Part shown: piece after piece, positions 27,578 through 42,218 of the stretch
Layout: every line of letters begins with the position of its first letter
Numbering within the stretch: position 1 is the first letter of the stretch
Source: Eledone cirrhosa
Lineage: Eukaryota
DNA: 64,000 nt
Direction of reading: 5' to 3'
NCBI GenBank assembly: GCA_964016885.1
Contig: OZ024743.1
Span: forward strand, 240,746,001-240,810,000
Translations under genes and position numbers: made by a program
The notes under the pieces: model-generated
What the model saw: only the letters and a program-made list of their open reading frames with translations
Databases searched by the model: none
Told to the model about the DNA's origin: nothing

Positions 27578-27980
27578 CACTAGAAGAGGTAAATATTTAT
27601 ATTATATTTTTTAATGTATTTTGAAAAATTGATTGAATTTTACTTGTTCTGCTTATCTTAATATTAAAGTTCTGGTGTATCAAATTAACACCATTGAACA
27701 ACCTTGAATCATAGACAACCTATGTATTTCTAGGGGTACCTAGTATCCCTGGACATATTAACTTCTACCTTTTTCTCCGTCCGTTGAGAACAAATCTGTT
27801 GCTCTACTTGGCTGCTATTTTTTTAGTAGTAATTGTAGACAGCAAGTCTTTGATTTTCCCGCTTTTACTTCGGTCCAGTTTACATACGGGTCACTTTTAC
27901 GACCTTTCAGACCTTTATTAGCTGGCAGGAGGTTGTATATTTTGTCGTTCCTGGGACGTTTAGCCCTAGGAAGGGAAAAT

Positions 27981-28062
27981 GCTTCTCTGATGAGCTTTGG
28001 TTTTCCATCATAAATCCATCGGATTTATGAGGTTTTACAGAGCGAAACTGATCAGTAAGGGC
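27981..28062 (+). ncRNA. Type I hammerhead ribozyme (copy 2)
   Basis: As copy 1 but core CTGATGA and stem II CAGAGC. Confidence 0.87.
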
Positions 28063-28142
28063 CACTAGAAGAGGTAAATATTTATATTATATTTTTTAAT
28101 GTATTTTGAAAAATTGATTGAATTTTACTTGTTCTGCTTATC

Positions 28143-28212
<70 letters not shown>

Positions 28213-28324
28213 TATGAGGAATTCCAACTTTGTCTGATTTACTCGTTTTATTTACAATCCTTTAAAATTTATAATGGTATTATAATGAAATAGTATGGTA
28301 GAATATTAAATGTTAAGTGTTAAT

Positions 28325-28363
28325 TGAACAAGTACTTTCATGCTTTCGCAATCTTCAGGTTCA
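28325..28363 (-). ncRNA. Minimal type I hammerhead ribozyme
   Basis: Minus strand TGAAC-CTGAAGA-T-TGC(GAAA)GCA-T-GAAA-GTAC-TT-GTTCA. Confidence 0.82.
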
Positions 28364-28415
28364 TAATATATGGTGACAGTCATAAAGTTGCAAACATGAC
28401 TGTCACCACACATTA

Positions 28416-28454
28416 TGAACCTGAAGATTACGAAAGCATGAAAGTACTTGTTCA
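28416..28454 (+). ncRNA. Minimal type I hammerhead ribozyme (one stem II mismatch)
   Basis: TGAAC-CTGAAGA-T-TAC(GAAA)GCA-T-GAAA-GTAC-TT-GTTCA. Confidence 0.72.
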
Positions 28455-28606
28455 ATTAACACTTAACATTTAATATTCTACCATACTATTTCATTATAAT
28501 ACCATTATAAATTTTAAAGGATTGTAAATAAAACGAGTAAATCAGACAAAGTTGGAATTCCTCTTATTAATATAATCTTCTATACACAATCATACACACC
28601 CGTGTA

Positions 28607-28653
<47 letters not shown>

Positions 28654-28763
28654 GGTAGACAGCTGAAAGAAAAAAGTAGTCACTACCAAAGTAGAGTTTT
28701 GATATTAATTGTATTAAGGTTAAATAGTGAGTCTTGTTACTCTGGAGTTTCGCCAGTTTATCA

Positions 28764-28816
28764 GGTCTTGTCTGATGACCCTGTGAGAGCAGGCGAAACT
28801 CCAGAGTAACAAGACT
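28764..28816 (+). ncRNA. Type I hammerhead ribozyme preceded by a short inverted copy (28721-28754)
   Basis: GTCTTGT-CTGATGA-C-CCTGT(GAGA)GCAGG-C-GAAA-CTCCAGAG-TA-ACAAGAC; 7-bp stem I. Confidence 0.88.
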
Positions 28817-29002
28817 CACTATTTAGCCATAATAAAATGAATGTATATTATATGTAGGTATAGATATTAGTAGAAGATCGACCGCGAGTTCAGGCAGTTT
28901 CAGTTAGTTACCTCACGAAAATGCCCATTCTGCATTTCACCATATATTGAGTACTATTCTGATTTGTGTTCATCCTGGTCCTCCGTACGACAGACAATCA
29001 AT

Positions 29003-29064
<62 letters not shown>

Positions 29065-29189
29065 AAAGGACAACAAGGACAATTGATTACTCCTACACTC
29101 TGTATAGCTCTACACCTCATCACAGAAGTGAACCTAAACATCGTGTGCTCTCTCGGGTGAACCTGCAGTAACTCCAAGTTACACCCCCT

Positions 29190-29259
<70 letters not shown>

Positions 29260-29419
29260 AAACAGCAAATTTGACGTGGCCCACAGAATGTGTTCCTGCA
29301 ATCTCATAACTCAGTCGAGAGGTATCCATACAATTATCCTTCTCTTCTCTACTTTTGTCCACTGTGATTTCCTCACATGAAACTAAGTATTATGAAGATT
29401 GAAACACCTCGAATGTCAA

Positions 29420-29840
29420 TCATTAAAAAGATAGACGGCATGACAGGCCTTGACTATTGGGGTCGTCTAGAAACGCTCAAACTCTACTCCTCCAACGCCG
29501 CTGTGAACGTTACATTATCTGCATGATGTGGAAAATATCAGCATTGCCCAAATGATGTTGCTATCCACCAACTAAAATTAAACTCATACCACATAATAAC
29601 ATTACGGAACAATTAATTCACTTCAACTGGACCCGCTCTCTTTAACATTACACCAAAACATTAAAACAGAAACAGATCCCATAAAATTCAAAAAGTCATT
29701 AAACAAATTCCCCCAAGAAAACCCGGATACACCTCATACACCCGGATATGTCAAAACTCTTTACGTGAGTGGGGCATGATGTCCAAATCTTGATTTGAAA
29801 GACTTCACCAGGTGGTACTATTAAGTTAGACATGGCCTGG
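29420..29840 (+). mobile_element. 3' fragment of CR1/Jockey-group LINE
   Basis: Translates MTGLDYWGRLETLKLYS/QRRCERYIICMMWK (frameshifted), typical CR1-group C-terminus. Confidence 0.65.
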
Positions 29841-29986
29841 GACAGACTAGCGTCCGAAACGTTGAGACCCTCTTCCTGCTATTTCAAGCGTTAACCTAAT
29901 ATATCCCTTCCATATATCCCTTCCATATATGTGTTGTTATTTCGGTTTACCTTTTACATACCCCCCCCCCCACACACACACACACC

Positions 29987-30023
<37 letters not shown>

Positions 30024-30499
30024 GATTATAATGGCTGCAACTCGATTTCGAGTAATGGCATCGCTTGATACTTAACCATAAGCATCACGGACGTGTCTTC
30101 CCAGTCCAGCTAGGGACTCGCCTATGGTCAGCAATGCCATGCATCGCAAAAAATGTCACATTTCAAGCGATGCCTGTGCTTGAAGCTTTGTTAAGTGAGG
30201 AAAGGCTTTCCACGGAGCCAACCCCACACTCGGAACATCGAATGCATTTACCCAAAAAGAAGAACTGGTCTACACCATTGGATGTAAACAAAGTCGCAGG
30301 TTTTATATTAGAGTGACCTTCTCCTAGATAGATATCTCAATGGAGTCTCTCCCTCCACAAACAAACAAAAAATTCTTTATTGGATGGCCAAGTTTTATTT
30401 TTCATCCCACAGAGTGTCCAAAATAACCCTTCTTACCAAGCAAGGTTGGTGGGGTTACTGGATTAGTCACCGACGTCCCGACCATATATATATATATAT

Positions 30500-30620
30500 G
30501 TGAAGGCGTGTGGCTGAGTGGTTAGAGAATTGGATTCGCAATCGTAAGGTTGTGAGTTCGATTCCTGGACAGGGCGATGCGTTATGTCCTTGAGCAAGAC
30601 ACTTTATTTCACGTTGCTCC
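30500..30620 (+). mobile_element. tRNA-derived SINE head (related minus copy ~43565-43678)
   Basis: TGGCTGAGTGGTTAGAG A-box, GAGTTCGATTCC B-box, TGTCCTTGAGCAAGACACTTTATTTCACGTTGCTCC. Confidence 0.75.
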
Positions 30621-30717
30621 TTCTACCTGGAGTTGCGACCGATAGATAGTATTAGCAATTTGAAAGACCAACGGAAACATTGTTTCGTCGGTCCGATTTG
30701 ACGAAAGTCGATCGTTT

Positions 30718-30751
<34 letters not shown>

Positions 30752-31655
30752 CCTCTTCAGCACCTGCCGCCACAGATCATCTTGAACCTTAAACCTTAAT
30801 CAAACTGTACAGACCTACAACGTAGTTGTACTAGTTGAAGACTATTGCAAACTTGTCCGTGGAGGCCGGGCATGGCCACGCATCAACCCCAGCGTCAGGC
30901 GAACCTTGGATATCTTGTTTGCACACCTGGAGTCTCTATGTGTACATGTTTCTTGTCCTTTGTTTCTTATTTCTCTGTTTATATACATACTGTTGTTTTT
31001 TATGTATTTTTGTCCCATTATTTTATTATTGTGTTCTCTATGTGTACTCGTTTCTTATTTGCTTGTTCCTGTCCCTACTTTCGCTTCCCGTAACTCTCTT
31101 CCATGACCTAACAGCCCCTTTGATAGTATTTTTGCCACTGTAGTTAGGACTGAATGCTATAATTATTGCTGGCCTTGTGCCTTACAATGATAGAGTGGAT
31201 TGTGTTAACTGTGAAAGTATTTGTTTATATATATAAATACCCATCTATGTTTCTATCCCATTTTCACTTCCTTGTTTCAACGGACTATTATTGTGGTAAG
31301 TTTATTTTTCATGGAAGCGAGGCCTTTTCCTGTTGCCGCCGTCGCCGTGGTGGGGGTAATCACTGGTGTTGTTGTTGTTGGTGGTGATGGTGTTACCAAT
31401 GGATTAATACTAACATAGATGATGTCACGACTACTGCGACGAACGGGGTGGGTGATAGGCGGTGTTGGTGCTTGTTGCCGTTATCATTGTTGTTGTTGCT
31501 ATATATGGTCATGGTGATTGATACCACCAACTCTGTGTACCCACCTACCTCTGAACTCCTTTTTATTGCTTTGGAGTTATCGCTGTTATTGTCGACAGGG
31601 TGATACCGTCACTACGACCACTACGACCTGTATTGTGTTGTAGGGAATTTTTAGG

Positions 31656-31749
<94 letters not shown>

Positions 31750-31989
31750 TGTATGTATGTATGTATGTTCTGGTTTTATAATTTCACAAATTGTTTCCCA
31801 ATAGAGAGAGAGTCGGTTTCTAACATAGACACAAGACTCTCTCATTGGAATTTACACAACATCAACTAGGTAGATTATGTATGCATGCATGCATGTGTAG
31901 ATATGGATGTTATTGTATCTGTGTATGTGTATGTTTGAGTTGTATGTGTGCATGTGTATATGCTTTGTATCTGTACATGTTTATATGCA

Positions 31990-34262
31990 GTTATTAGATG
32001 TAAAATGTTTGGAATGTTTTATATATTTTTACTGTTCCCTTAATGGATTGTACTTGTAATTTCCTAACTAGTTGTTCTTTCTGTCCCTGTGAAGCCTAGC
32101 CTCTCAAGATTTGTATTGAGGCAGTTACTAACCAGTGCCCTAATAATCACAGGCATAAATCTGAAGGTGTAATCAGGGTGGAGTATCTGTAGATTTCTCA
32201 TCAGTTCTGCATAAATATTCTCCTTTTCGCTAATCTTTGATATTATATTGGCATCTGCTGGGCAGCTAATTTCCACTACTGTGCATGCTTTCTTCTCGCT
32301 GTCCAATATCACGAACTGCATTGTACAGTGTTTTGGCCACTACATCATGCCTCATAGGTAGATAGTACCGCGATGACATCTTTGGACAGCTGCTGATGAC
32401 ATGGGTGATATCCTCGATGATAGTTCTGCAGAGTCTGCACTTGTTATCACATCTAGGTGTTTTGGCTGCATCCCTATCTCTTTTGTGAATCAGGTATTTC
32501 GTATTAATCTCCTGTTCTTGGATTGCAAAAGCGTATCTTTCAAAGTGGGAGCCAATATAGCGGTTGTTGGTCCAAGATAGACTACTTTCCTTATCTATAT
32601 TACTCTCACTATGGAGCTTCCTGGCAACATATCCATGCATGATTTTTTGCTGATAAGCATGCAGTTTTTCATCCATGGATTCACTGCGATACTGTTGAGC
32701 GACTTCCCTGGGTGTAAGTTTTTGATTATCACACAGGGAATATCTCTCGAGGAGTTTCTTCCCAACTCTCATGATCTTATCTGTTTCATGCAGATAGACT
32801 TGCTCGAGAGACGGGCTCCTACGCTTCGAGGTTCGTAGATGTTGTCGGAGGGATATGATGCGACATTCAAATGCTGTCTGGACTGATGTTAGGCGTCTGC
32901 CTCCCTGCTTACGTTTCAAGTAAAGGCGGTCTATATCACTGTTGATGTGGAAGTTTCCGGTGTTGTTTAGTATATTTCGAGTTCCAACATCAACTGCTAG
33001 GATTTCGTCTATCGTCCAATTGAGTATTCCAAACGTTGGTGTTAGGTCAGACACAGCAAACACATTGTGAGCCACTGTTTTGTTTTGTGCAGAGAATTCC
33101 GATGACCAAATCTTTCTTAATCGGTTGTAGTATTCCCTGGTTACGCGTTCCTTATTACAGATACCATTATCTGTAATAAGGTATCTGTAGCAGTCCTCAT
33201 CAGATATCGGTGAAACAGTTCGGCCATTGGTGAGAATGTTGCTAGATTGGGTTGTTGTTTTTCCCCGCTTTACAGTCATGTATGAGCATTTATCTTGGTC
33301 AAACTCCATTCCTATATACTTTGAGAACGTTGTAACCATGTCATGATTTTTCTTCATCCCATCCATGTTCTTGGCATAGAGTTTCAGATCGTCCACAAAG
33401 AAATTATGGGTTAGGTTCGTATTTCTGTCCTCCTGTGAGCCAATGATGTGTCCCTCACATTTCTTGAGCAGAAAGGACAAGGGGTTTAATGACAAGATGA
33501 ATAATATCACAGAGAGACTCCCCCTGAAATATAGCCAGCGATATTTTATTTTATCAGTGAAAATAGAGTCCTCCTCTCTGTTTTTAACCTTAGGGTATTA
33601 GCCCAAGAAGAAGACAGCCTCTCTTTGGCTCTGACAATAATGTCTGGGACTTTAGCAAGGTGGAGGGCCTCTATCATCTAAGAGTGGCGAACAGAATCGA
33701 AAGCTTTCCTGTAGTCCAGCCAGACTGTAGTCATATTCCTCCTAAGTTGTCACACCTCCGACATCGCAGTTTTGTTGATTAGGAGTTGTTCAGCACATCC
33801 CAAAACTCCTTTCTTTCCAGCTGCTTGTTCATCTGTGATGATGTTATTATTTTCACAGTGATCTTGGAGGAATAGGTTCAGGCAGGCTGTATACATCTTA
33901 TACATCAGGTTCTGGCATGCAATGTGTCGGTAGTTTTTTGCCAAGTGGGTGACCAGTAATGTTTGTACTAATGTCAACCATTCTGGTATAAGTGTATCTC
34001 CCTTAAGAACTTGTTGGTAAGATACCTCCGATAGAATATCAGTTTTTTGTACCAGTAGCCGACAATCATGTCTCTTCCTGGTGTTTTCTTATCTTGGAGT
34101 ATTCCTATCACAGTCTCAAAGGTACCCTCACTTATTTCGTATGTCTTTGTTGTAGTGTAGGAGCAATAGTTCTTTCGGATTTCTCTTAGCCACACTGAAT
34201 CTTGGTTGAAATTCTTCTTTTCACCCCATATTTTGCTCCAAAAGGAATCTATGTCTTTCTGG
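31990..34262 (-). mobile_element. R4/Dong-like RLE non-LTR retrotransposon, 5'-truncated and disrupted
   Basis: ORF 32266-33510 has HNFFVDDLKLYA (RT), IDRLYLKRKQGGR, AIQEQEINT, CRLCRTIIEDITHVISSC. 33750-33977 has NYRHIACQN..EQAAGKKG. RLE remnant VVEISCPAD. Flanked by (TATG)n. Confidence 0.9.
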
Positions 34263-36108
34263 TATGTATGTATGTATGTATGTATGTATGTATGTATGTA
34301 TGTATGTATGTATGTATGTATGTATGTATGTATGTATGTATGTATGTATGTATGTCAGGTCACCAGTTGGTGCTACTGGTAACATGTATCCCAGTACAAC
34401 CTGTCTCATGGTCGGGTCGTTGGCGACTAAACTGGCAACCCCACCAAGGTTTCTTGGTGAGGAGGGTAACTTTGAACATCCTGCAGGACTAAAAACAAAA
34501 CCTCTTACAGGGCAAATGAGCTCTTAAGAGTCAATGGCCATCCAAAATCACCGGGAGAGATGACCCCTTAGCCTTTGTCAAGGCAGAATTCTAGGAGAAG
34601 GAAAATTCTGATATAACACCTGCAGCCCTGATGGTATCCAATGATGTTGACTTGTTCTTCTTTTTGGTAAATATCATCTTGGTTAAGAGAGTGGGACTGG
34701 CTTTGTGCAGTGCCTTTGCTCACTATAAAAGCTTCACGGCACAGGCATTGCTTTATATCTGGAGATCTCTCTGCACTTGTCGTCGCATGGTACCATGGGC
34801 CCAGCACTATGTGTCAATAATTGTCACAAGTGTAGTGTTTGTACCAGAGTTTTCAAGTCGCTGGCTGGACTAAAAATCACACTCGTTCAGCGCATCAGTA
34901 GGGGTTCTCCTACATGGATATAAAGTAGTGGCCGTACTCGAAAACGAGTTGGCAGCCACCATGTATGTATGTATGTACAACCTGTCGCATGGTCGGGTCC
35001 TCGGCGACTAAACTGGCAACCCCACCAAGTTTACTTGGCGAGTAGGGTGATTTTGGACATCCTGCAGGACAAAAAACAAAACCTGACAAAGGGCGGAAGA
35101 ACTCATAAGAGCCAACGGCCATCCAAAAGTCTGTTAATATGTATATGCACATGTACAGATGTATGTATATGTGTATATACATAGGTGCATGGATATGTAT
35201 ATGCGCGGGGACATAGAAATAGTCGGGCTGGAGACCCGATCGGACGGTTAAACCACTGGGAGTGAAGGGCCCCTAGCCTTTGTCAGGGCATTCTTCTAGG
35301 AGAAGGCAACGCAGGAAACTGGGATAACTCCGATATAAAACCTGTGCCTCAGTAGTTACCGACGATGTTGATCTTTTCTTCTTTTCGGGTTATAGCTACT
35401 GTCGCTCAGAGACTGGGATTGGCTCAGTGCACAGTCTTTCCTCACTTTAAAACATATCTTCACGCACTGGCATTGCACGACATACCATTATTAATAATTA
35501 TTAATAATGGTATATCGTGCAATGGCCATACTTGATAACAAGGGGGAAGCCATCATTATGTATGTATGTATGTATGTATGTATGTATGTATGTATGTATG
35601 TATGTATGTATGTATGTATGTATGCACGTATGTGTGTATGTTTGTATGTGTTTAATCCCAAAAGTAAGGTCTCCAAAGCGATGGGGACGCAGAGAAACTG
35701 TTCGTACGGCTGTTGGCAACACTGTTATGATTGGTGCTTCCTTCACTCCCAAACAAGCATGGCGCGTTTCGCTGGGATGCTCAAACTTGGCTTGGCAGCC
35801 GTTGAGAATGTAGCTCCCGTTGAACGCTATTGCAAAGTGCGAATTTCGCGCAGTTATTATATAGAGGACAATCCCCAAAGTAAGGTCTCCTTCCGAGGAA
35901 AACATGCGTAAAGATCGGCGGATCACTCTGGATGCTCTCTGCATTTTGGTTCCTGAGGTTTCCCGAAGCACCATTTACAGGATTTTAACGAAAAAGTTGC
36001 AATATCGGAAGTTGCAACATTAGAAGGAGACCTTACTTTTGGGATTGCTCTCGTATATAGAAGTTTAGGTAAAAACGAAAGAAAAGCGCATTAAAACACA
36101 TATTGTGA

Positions 36109-36332
<224 letters not shown>

Positions 36333-38152
36333 ATATATATATATACATATATATATAAAGAGATTAAGCAGTTAATTTTTTTGGCTCTTTATTTAATTCT
36401 ATTGACTGATTAATCGCTTAAGTTTATTTTAAAAACAACTCGGTAGAGAGCTTAATTCGTTTTGTGCTAGTTTTGCAAATTTTTGCAATAACTACACATG
36501 CTGAATTCACTGGCTAAAATAGGGGTTTTCTCCCCTTAGAATCTCACATGTGCTTTCGTAACCTGTGAGATTCTGGCGCACGAAGAACAAAGTGCCTGTT
36601 GAGAAAACGATGCATTGTTCGATCATTATACCAAAAGCTTACTTTTTACAAGCAGACAGTATTATTGATTTAGGTGTTGCAGAACCCTAAATCGGAGTAT
36701 TCCATCTTCCTCGAGGGTCCGGGTAACTATTTCAATCATATCTTATTTTGTTTGACCCATTTAGCTTGTTCGCTTTTGTTAATGGCTTCTTAACCATCGT
36801 CTCAGTTTGTATGACCTTTTAAACTTATGTTTATAGCTCTGGTATCTTCATATCCATAGAGCGCTTGTCTACACAATACGGAAGTTGCGTTTCGCTAATT
36901 TCTACCCGCCGAAATGCGATTCTCGCTAAATTTATATTTGTATATATATACAGTCATACATATAAACGCACACACCACACACACACAAAGTTGTAGAGAG
37001 ATTATATTTGTGCAAATCTAGGCTTTGTTTTAAATTCTTAAAAAGATTCAGTTCTTACATTTTTTCCCAATACATTTATATCCTGCAGCTATTTTTCTCC
37101 TCTGAAATTGAAAAATGATACACAAGTATTATGTGCACGGTTGATTGCATATTTCAGTTGGACTTCTTTGAACAGTACAGGATCTCATTTAAATCCCCAC
37201 TCCTGTATAGTTTATCCTTAAATCTTCACTTCTGTATAGTGTCCCATTTAAATCCCTACGCCTGTACAGTGTACCATTTCAATCCGCACACCTGTACAGG
37301 TCTCATTTAAATTCCTGTTTCTATACATGACTCATTTCCATTCCAACGTCATTTTATGGTAGAATAAACCCATCATTTGGATTAGCACCAAAGCGGAATA
37401 TTTTGGTGCCGTAAGCAGAGTTATCTCTCTTATTCAGGCCAGGCGTTCGGTTTGAGAACATTTCTTCCCTTTCAACATAATTGTTCCGGAAAAATAAATA
37501 GGCATGGATCTTTCTTTTTTGACCAAACCATAAAATAACATGGTAGATTAGTGAGAAGAAATCGTATTGTACAGGAATTAGCTGGCAACATTTCCAGTTC
37601 AAAATCATATACATTATAAGCTCCAATTCCTATATATCTTTATTGCTGATGTCTAGCGGTTATTTAAGCTGACATTGGTTCACCGTTATTCATTTTATAT
37701 TTTAACCTTTTCTCTCTATTATTGTCTTATGGACTTTTGTCATATATTTCAGTGACTAATCATGTGTGATATGTTTATTTTTACTTCTAGCATTTAATAA
37801 GTATTACAATGTGACTGATATGATTCTACTCATAGTCGACATTTTATCTCTCACCACTCCAGTCCAAGATATTCTTGCATTTGTAGATCTTATTTTAATA
37901 TTCATTTATTTACTTATTTATTTATTTAACGTTCTTATGATAGACACACACCTGTTCATATATTCCATATTCCCATGACAATGCTAGCTTATTACTGCAA
38001 TAATATTAATAAAAATATTTACTTGCTGGAAAATTTGTTCGTCCATTTATAACACAAAACAAAACAAGGCAATTTCCCATGTCGTCAATCATTGTCAGAA
38101 GTTTGTTTGCAAGTTCATTTTGCAATTTTAGCATTTTATTTGTATAAAAAAA

Positions 38153-38205
<53 letters not shown>

Positions 38206-38707
38206 AATTATTATAATTATTATTATAATTACTATTATTGATTATGTTGTGGTGAGCAAGCTCCTTGATTGTCGCTATCTATTCTTTTTATGAATTTTAT
38301 ATCACATTTTGTGAACAATAACGTCGTTGGTTGCAGGTTTCCAACAAAACAATTGCTGGCTCACTGCATTTAAAATGGCGAGATTGACAAGGGATTGTAT
38401 GTACAACTCACTAAGAACAAATACCACTAAAGATTTCAGTTGAAAGCGCCGGTTTATTGAATTTTTCGGCAGTATTTCCACCTTTCACTGACTGATATTG
38501 ACACAAGTAAGCACACACACATATATATACACACACACGCACATACACACGGAAATATAAGCTTTAAGTCATGATGAAGCGTAGCACATACAAGGTTTAT
38601 TGAAATCATGAGCATATTGTAATAATATGTCCATTCATATAATGTATTGGCTTTAACAATGGTTTCTTTTTTAAGCAACAGATCGAATCTCTCAATTTCT
38701 CTCTCTC

Positions 38708-39088
<381 letters not shown>

Positions 39089-39120
39089 AATCTTCTATAT
39101 ATGTATATTTATCTATCTAT

Positions 39121-39258
<138 letters not shown>

Positions 39259-39381
39259 GTTGCACATATCTGGACAAGTACCGCGAAGGATGAAAGCTCC
39301 ACATTCAAATTATAAACAATGATATATAATTATACCTTGATCAAATTGCTGAACAGTATTTTAGTAATTCTTTTATTATAT

Positions 39382-40299
39382 TACTAGCAGTAAAGCCCGG
39401 CGTTGCTCGGGGTCGCTCAGTAGCTGTGTTAAAGTTACAATGTTAAGTTTCTTTCTTGGCTTAAAAGCTGTAGTGTCTACTGTGCAGACTTGCATGTGGT
39501 GTTTTTGATTAATATTCCCTCAACCAACAATATGCCTTATGAAGTTAAGAAAACATAACGATAACCCGAATGTTATAACAAAAGAGGATGCTGGGGATAG
39601 AAACTGCACTGGTTATTTATTAACAAAGATCGAAAATGTAAACACTGCAACGCAGAGAAAAACATTAGCGTAACCAAATTATCAGTTATGTCTGTCTGCA
39701 CGCCTATATCACCTCTCTGCACGACTGTCTGTCTGCACGCCTATATCACCTCTCTGCACGACTGTCTGTCTGCACGCGTATATCACCTCTCTGCACGACT
39801 GTCTGTCTGCACGCGTATATCACCTCTCTGCACGACTGTCTGTCTGCACGACTGTCTGTCTGCACGCCTAACGACGAAATATTTGCTTGTTTTACGTAGT
39901 CTTTAAATAGACTTGTTTTCAAGTAAAAATATTGTTTTAAAATGCTTTTAAATGGAAATGAAGCAAAACGGAAGCTCAGTGTTCGAACTGATGAATTTTG
40001 CAGGTCAATATTTTGCTGGCTCGACAACTGTTAAAGCCAGCGTAATTTTTTACGTAAGACGCTCAATGTAAACAGAACAAAGGGAAATAACTGATAACTT
40101 ACGCTCAAAAATCGATACATTATATTCGATTTCGTCACATAGGGTGGGTCAATTTGAAATTTTTTTTTCCGATGTCTTCGCTAGGGCTCAATGTACAAGT
40201 ATAGCAATTTCGGTGCAATTCCGTGAGAGATTCTAAGAGGAGATGTGTGCCAAAAATCGATAGACAGACAGACAACCACAGTTTTATATATATAGATTA
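39382..40299. mobile_element. Non-autonomous Helitron/Helentron-like element with internal minisatellite
   Basis: End TACTAGCAGTAAAGCCCGGCGTTGCTCGGG (hairpin) and other end (GACA)n..TTTTATATATATAGATT, resembling HINE/Lep1-type elements. Confidence 0.55.
39689..39869. repeat. ~37 bp minisatellite, 4-5 copies
   Basis: TGTCTGTCTGCACGCCTATATCACCTCTCTGCACGAC units. Confidence 0.9.
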
Positions 40300-40317
40300 T
40301 GTACACTACCTACGAAA

Positions 40318-40371
<54 letters not shown>

Positions 40372-41902
40372 GTTTGTGTGCGTATATGTTAGAAGGGATT
40401 TCCTAATTTCTATCTACGAAATTTCATTAAAAAGGAATTGTTAAATCCAACACTATTATAAAATACACTTGCTGCATTGGGTTTGAACCTAGAACCAGGG
40501 GATTACGAAGTGAACGTCTAAAGCCACAAAACCAAAGATCTTACACCGTATTTAAGAAGAAAACATTTTACTGATTTTTCTTTCATACTAACGGGTATTA
40601 TTTGCCGGTAGCCTTTAGTGAATTTTGAACCTAGAGAACAGAGAGTTGCTACACATTTACTGAAACATTTTATTCAATGATCTAACAACTCTGCCAATTG
40701 ATCGCCTGCATTTACTAAAAGTAACTTAAATTTCAAATGTTAAATTACCGTAAATCCGCTATCAAAAGCAACATAATGACTTACATTAAAAATAAATTGC
40801 CTCTTGAGCAAATTTTAAATTTGGTGTTCTAATTTCGTTTCAGTTGAATAAAATTCTTTCAAGTAAAGATATGATGGGACATATTTATATTGGGACATTT
40901 CACAACAAGAATAGTAAATCGCTATTAAGCCTATATGTAAGGAGGAAAATATATCGTACTCCCACGATTCCTTTGTCAGCTGTGTTTCTATCATTGCTAT
41001 GATCTCAAATGAAGAAGTTCTTTGATTCTTAGTGATCAAAAGATCAAGTAGTAATGTAACAAGACCAAATGTAGAGAATCAGAATAAATAGAAGCAATGG
41101 TAAATATCAAATAACTCTATGAATATTCTTCGGTGACAAAAGAAATGCGAATGTCTAACACGGCGCCATTTTACACATGCATGCACACATATTTAATGTT
41201 ATGTATACATACATGTATACATACATGTATACATACATATATACATACATACATGCATACATACATGCCTGCATACATACATACATGCATGACTGCATCC
41301 AGACATATATACATACATAATACATGCATACATACATGCCTGCATACATACATGCATACATCCATACATCCATACATCCATACATCCATCCATCCACACA
41401 TACATGCATGCATGCATACATACAGTCATTGATACATTGCATTGATAGATAGATAGATAGATATGCATTAAACATTACTGTCAATACTGTAAATCAAGAT
41501 TTCATGAAAGCATTTTTATGTGGCGGTTGTTGTTGTTGCTTTTATTATTATTATTATTATTGTTGTTGTTGTTGTTACTACTATTTTCTACATTGTAGCA
41601 AGAAGACGATGAAAAAGATTTTTTTTATTGAAGAACACGTATTTATTTATTTGGTTATTTCTTTATTTATTTAGTTATTTATAACATAGTTATTTATTCA
41701 TTTATCCATTTATTTAGCTTTCAGCAAATCTTTTGCTAAGATCTTAGTCATCGATATTTTTCATTGAAGATATATTGATGGTGATGATGACGACGACGAC
41801 AATGACAACGATATTGATGCTGATGATGATGATAATAATGATGGTAACAATAACAACAACAACAACAACAATAACATAATAATAATGATAATAATAATAA
41901 TG

Positions 41903-41978
<76 letters not shown>

Positions 41979-42164
41979 TAATAATAATAATAATAATAAG
42001 TAGAACTAAATGCAATAACAACAAAAAGAAGGAAACGAGACACCATTGCCAAAAGCTTAAGATTCTCACTGCCACCTCGAATTACTTTTCACAGATATGA
42101 AAAAATAAAAAATATGAAAATAATAATATACCAATAAAAATTATATTATATACATACATACGAA

Positions 42165-42218
<54 letters not shown>

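Larger units (their letters stand above)
27316..28149 (+). mobile_element. Retrozyme-like non-autonomous element: two ~349 bp direct repeats, each with an HHR, ~136 bp spacer, in (TA)n
   Basis: 27316-27664 matches 27801-28149 (period 485). Long (TA)n on both sides. No meaningful ORF. Confidence 0.85.
28208..28572. repeat. Palindromic element (~175 bp arms) with one HHR per arm; related copy at 38804-39088
   Basis: Arms are reverse complements around ~28390; (TA)n flank. Confidence 0.9.

Noticed and set aside
30500-30575. tRNA gene
   Set aside because: Has A/B boxes but no acceptor stem and continues into a SINE body.
40815-41039. ORF with FEIIAMIETQL, resembling an APE endonuclease motif
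   Set aside because: Single weak motif with no other LINE motifs nearby.
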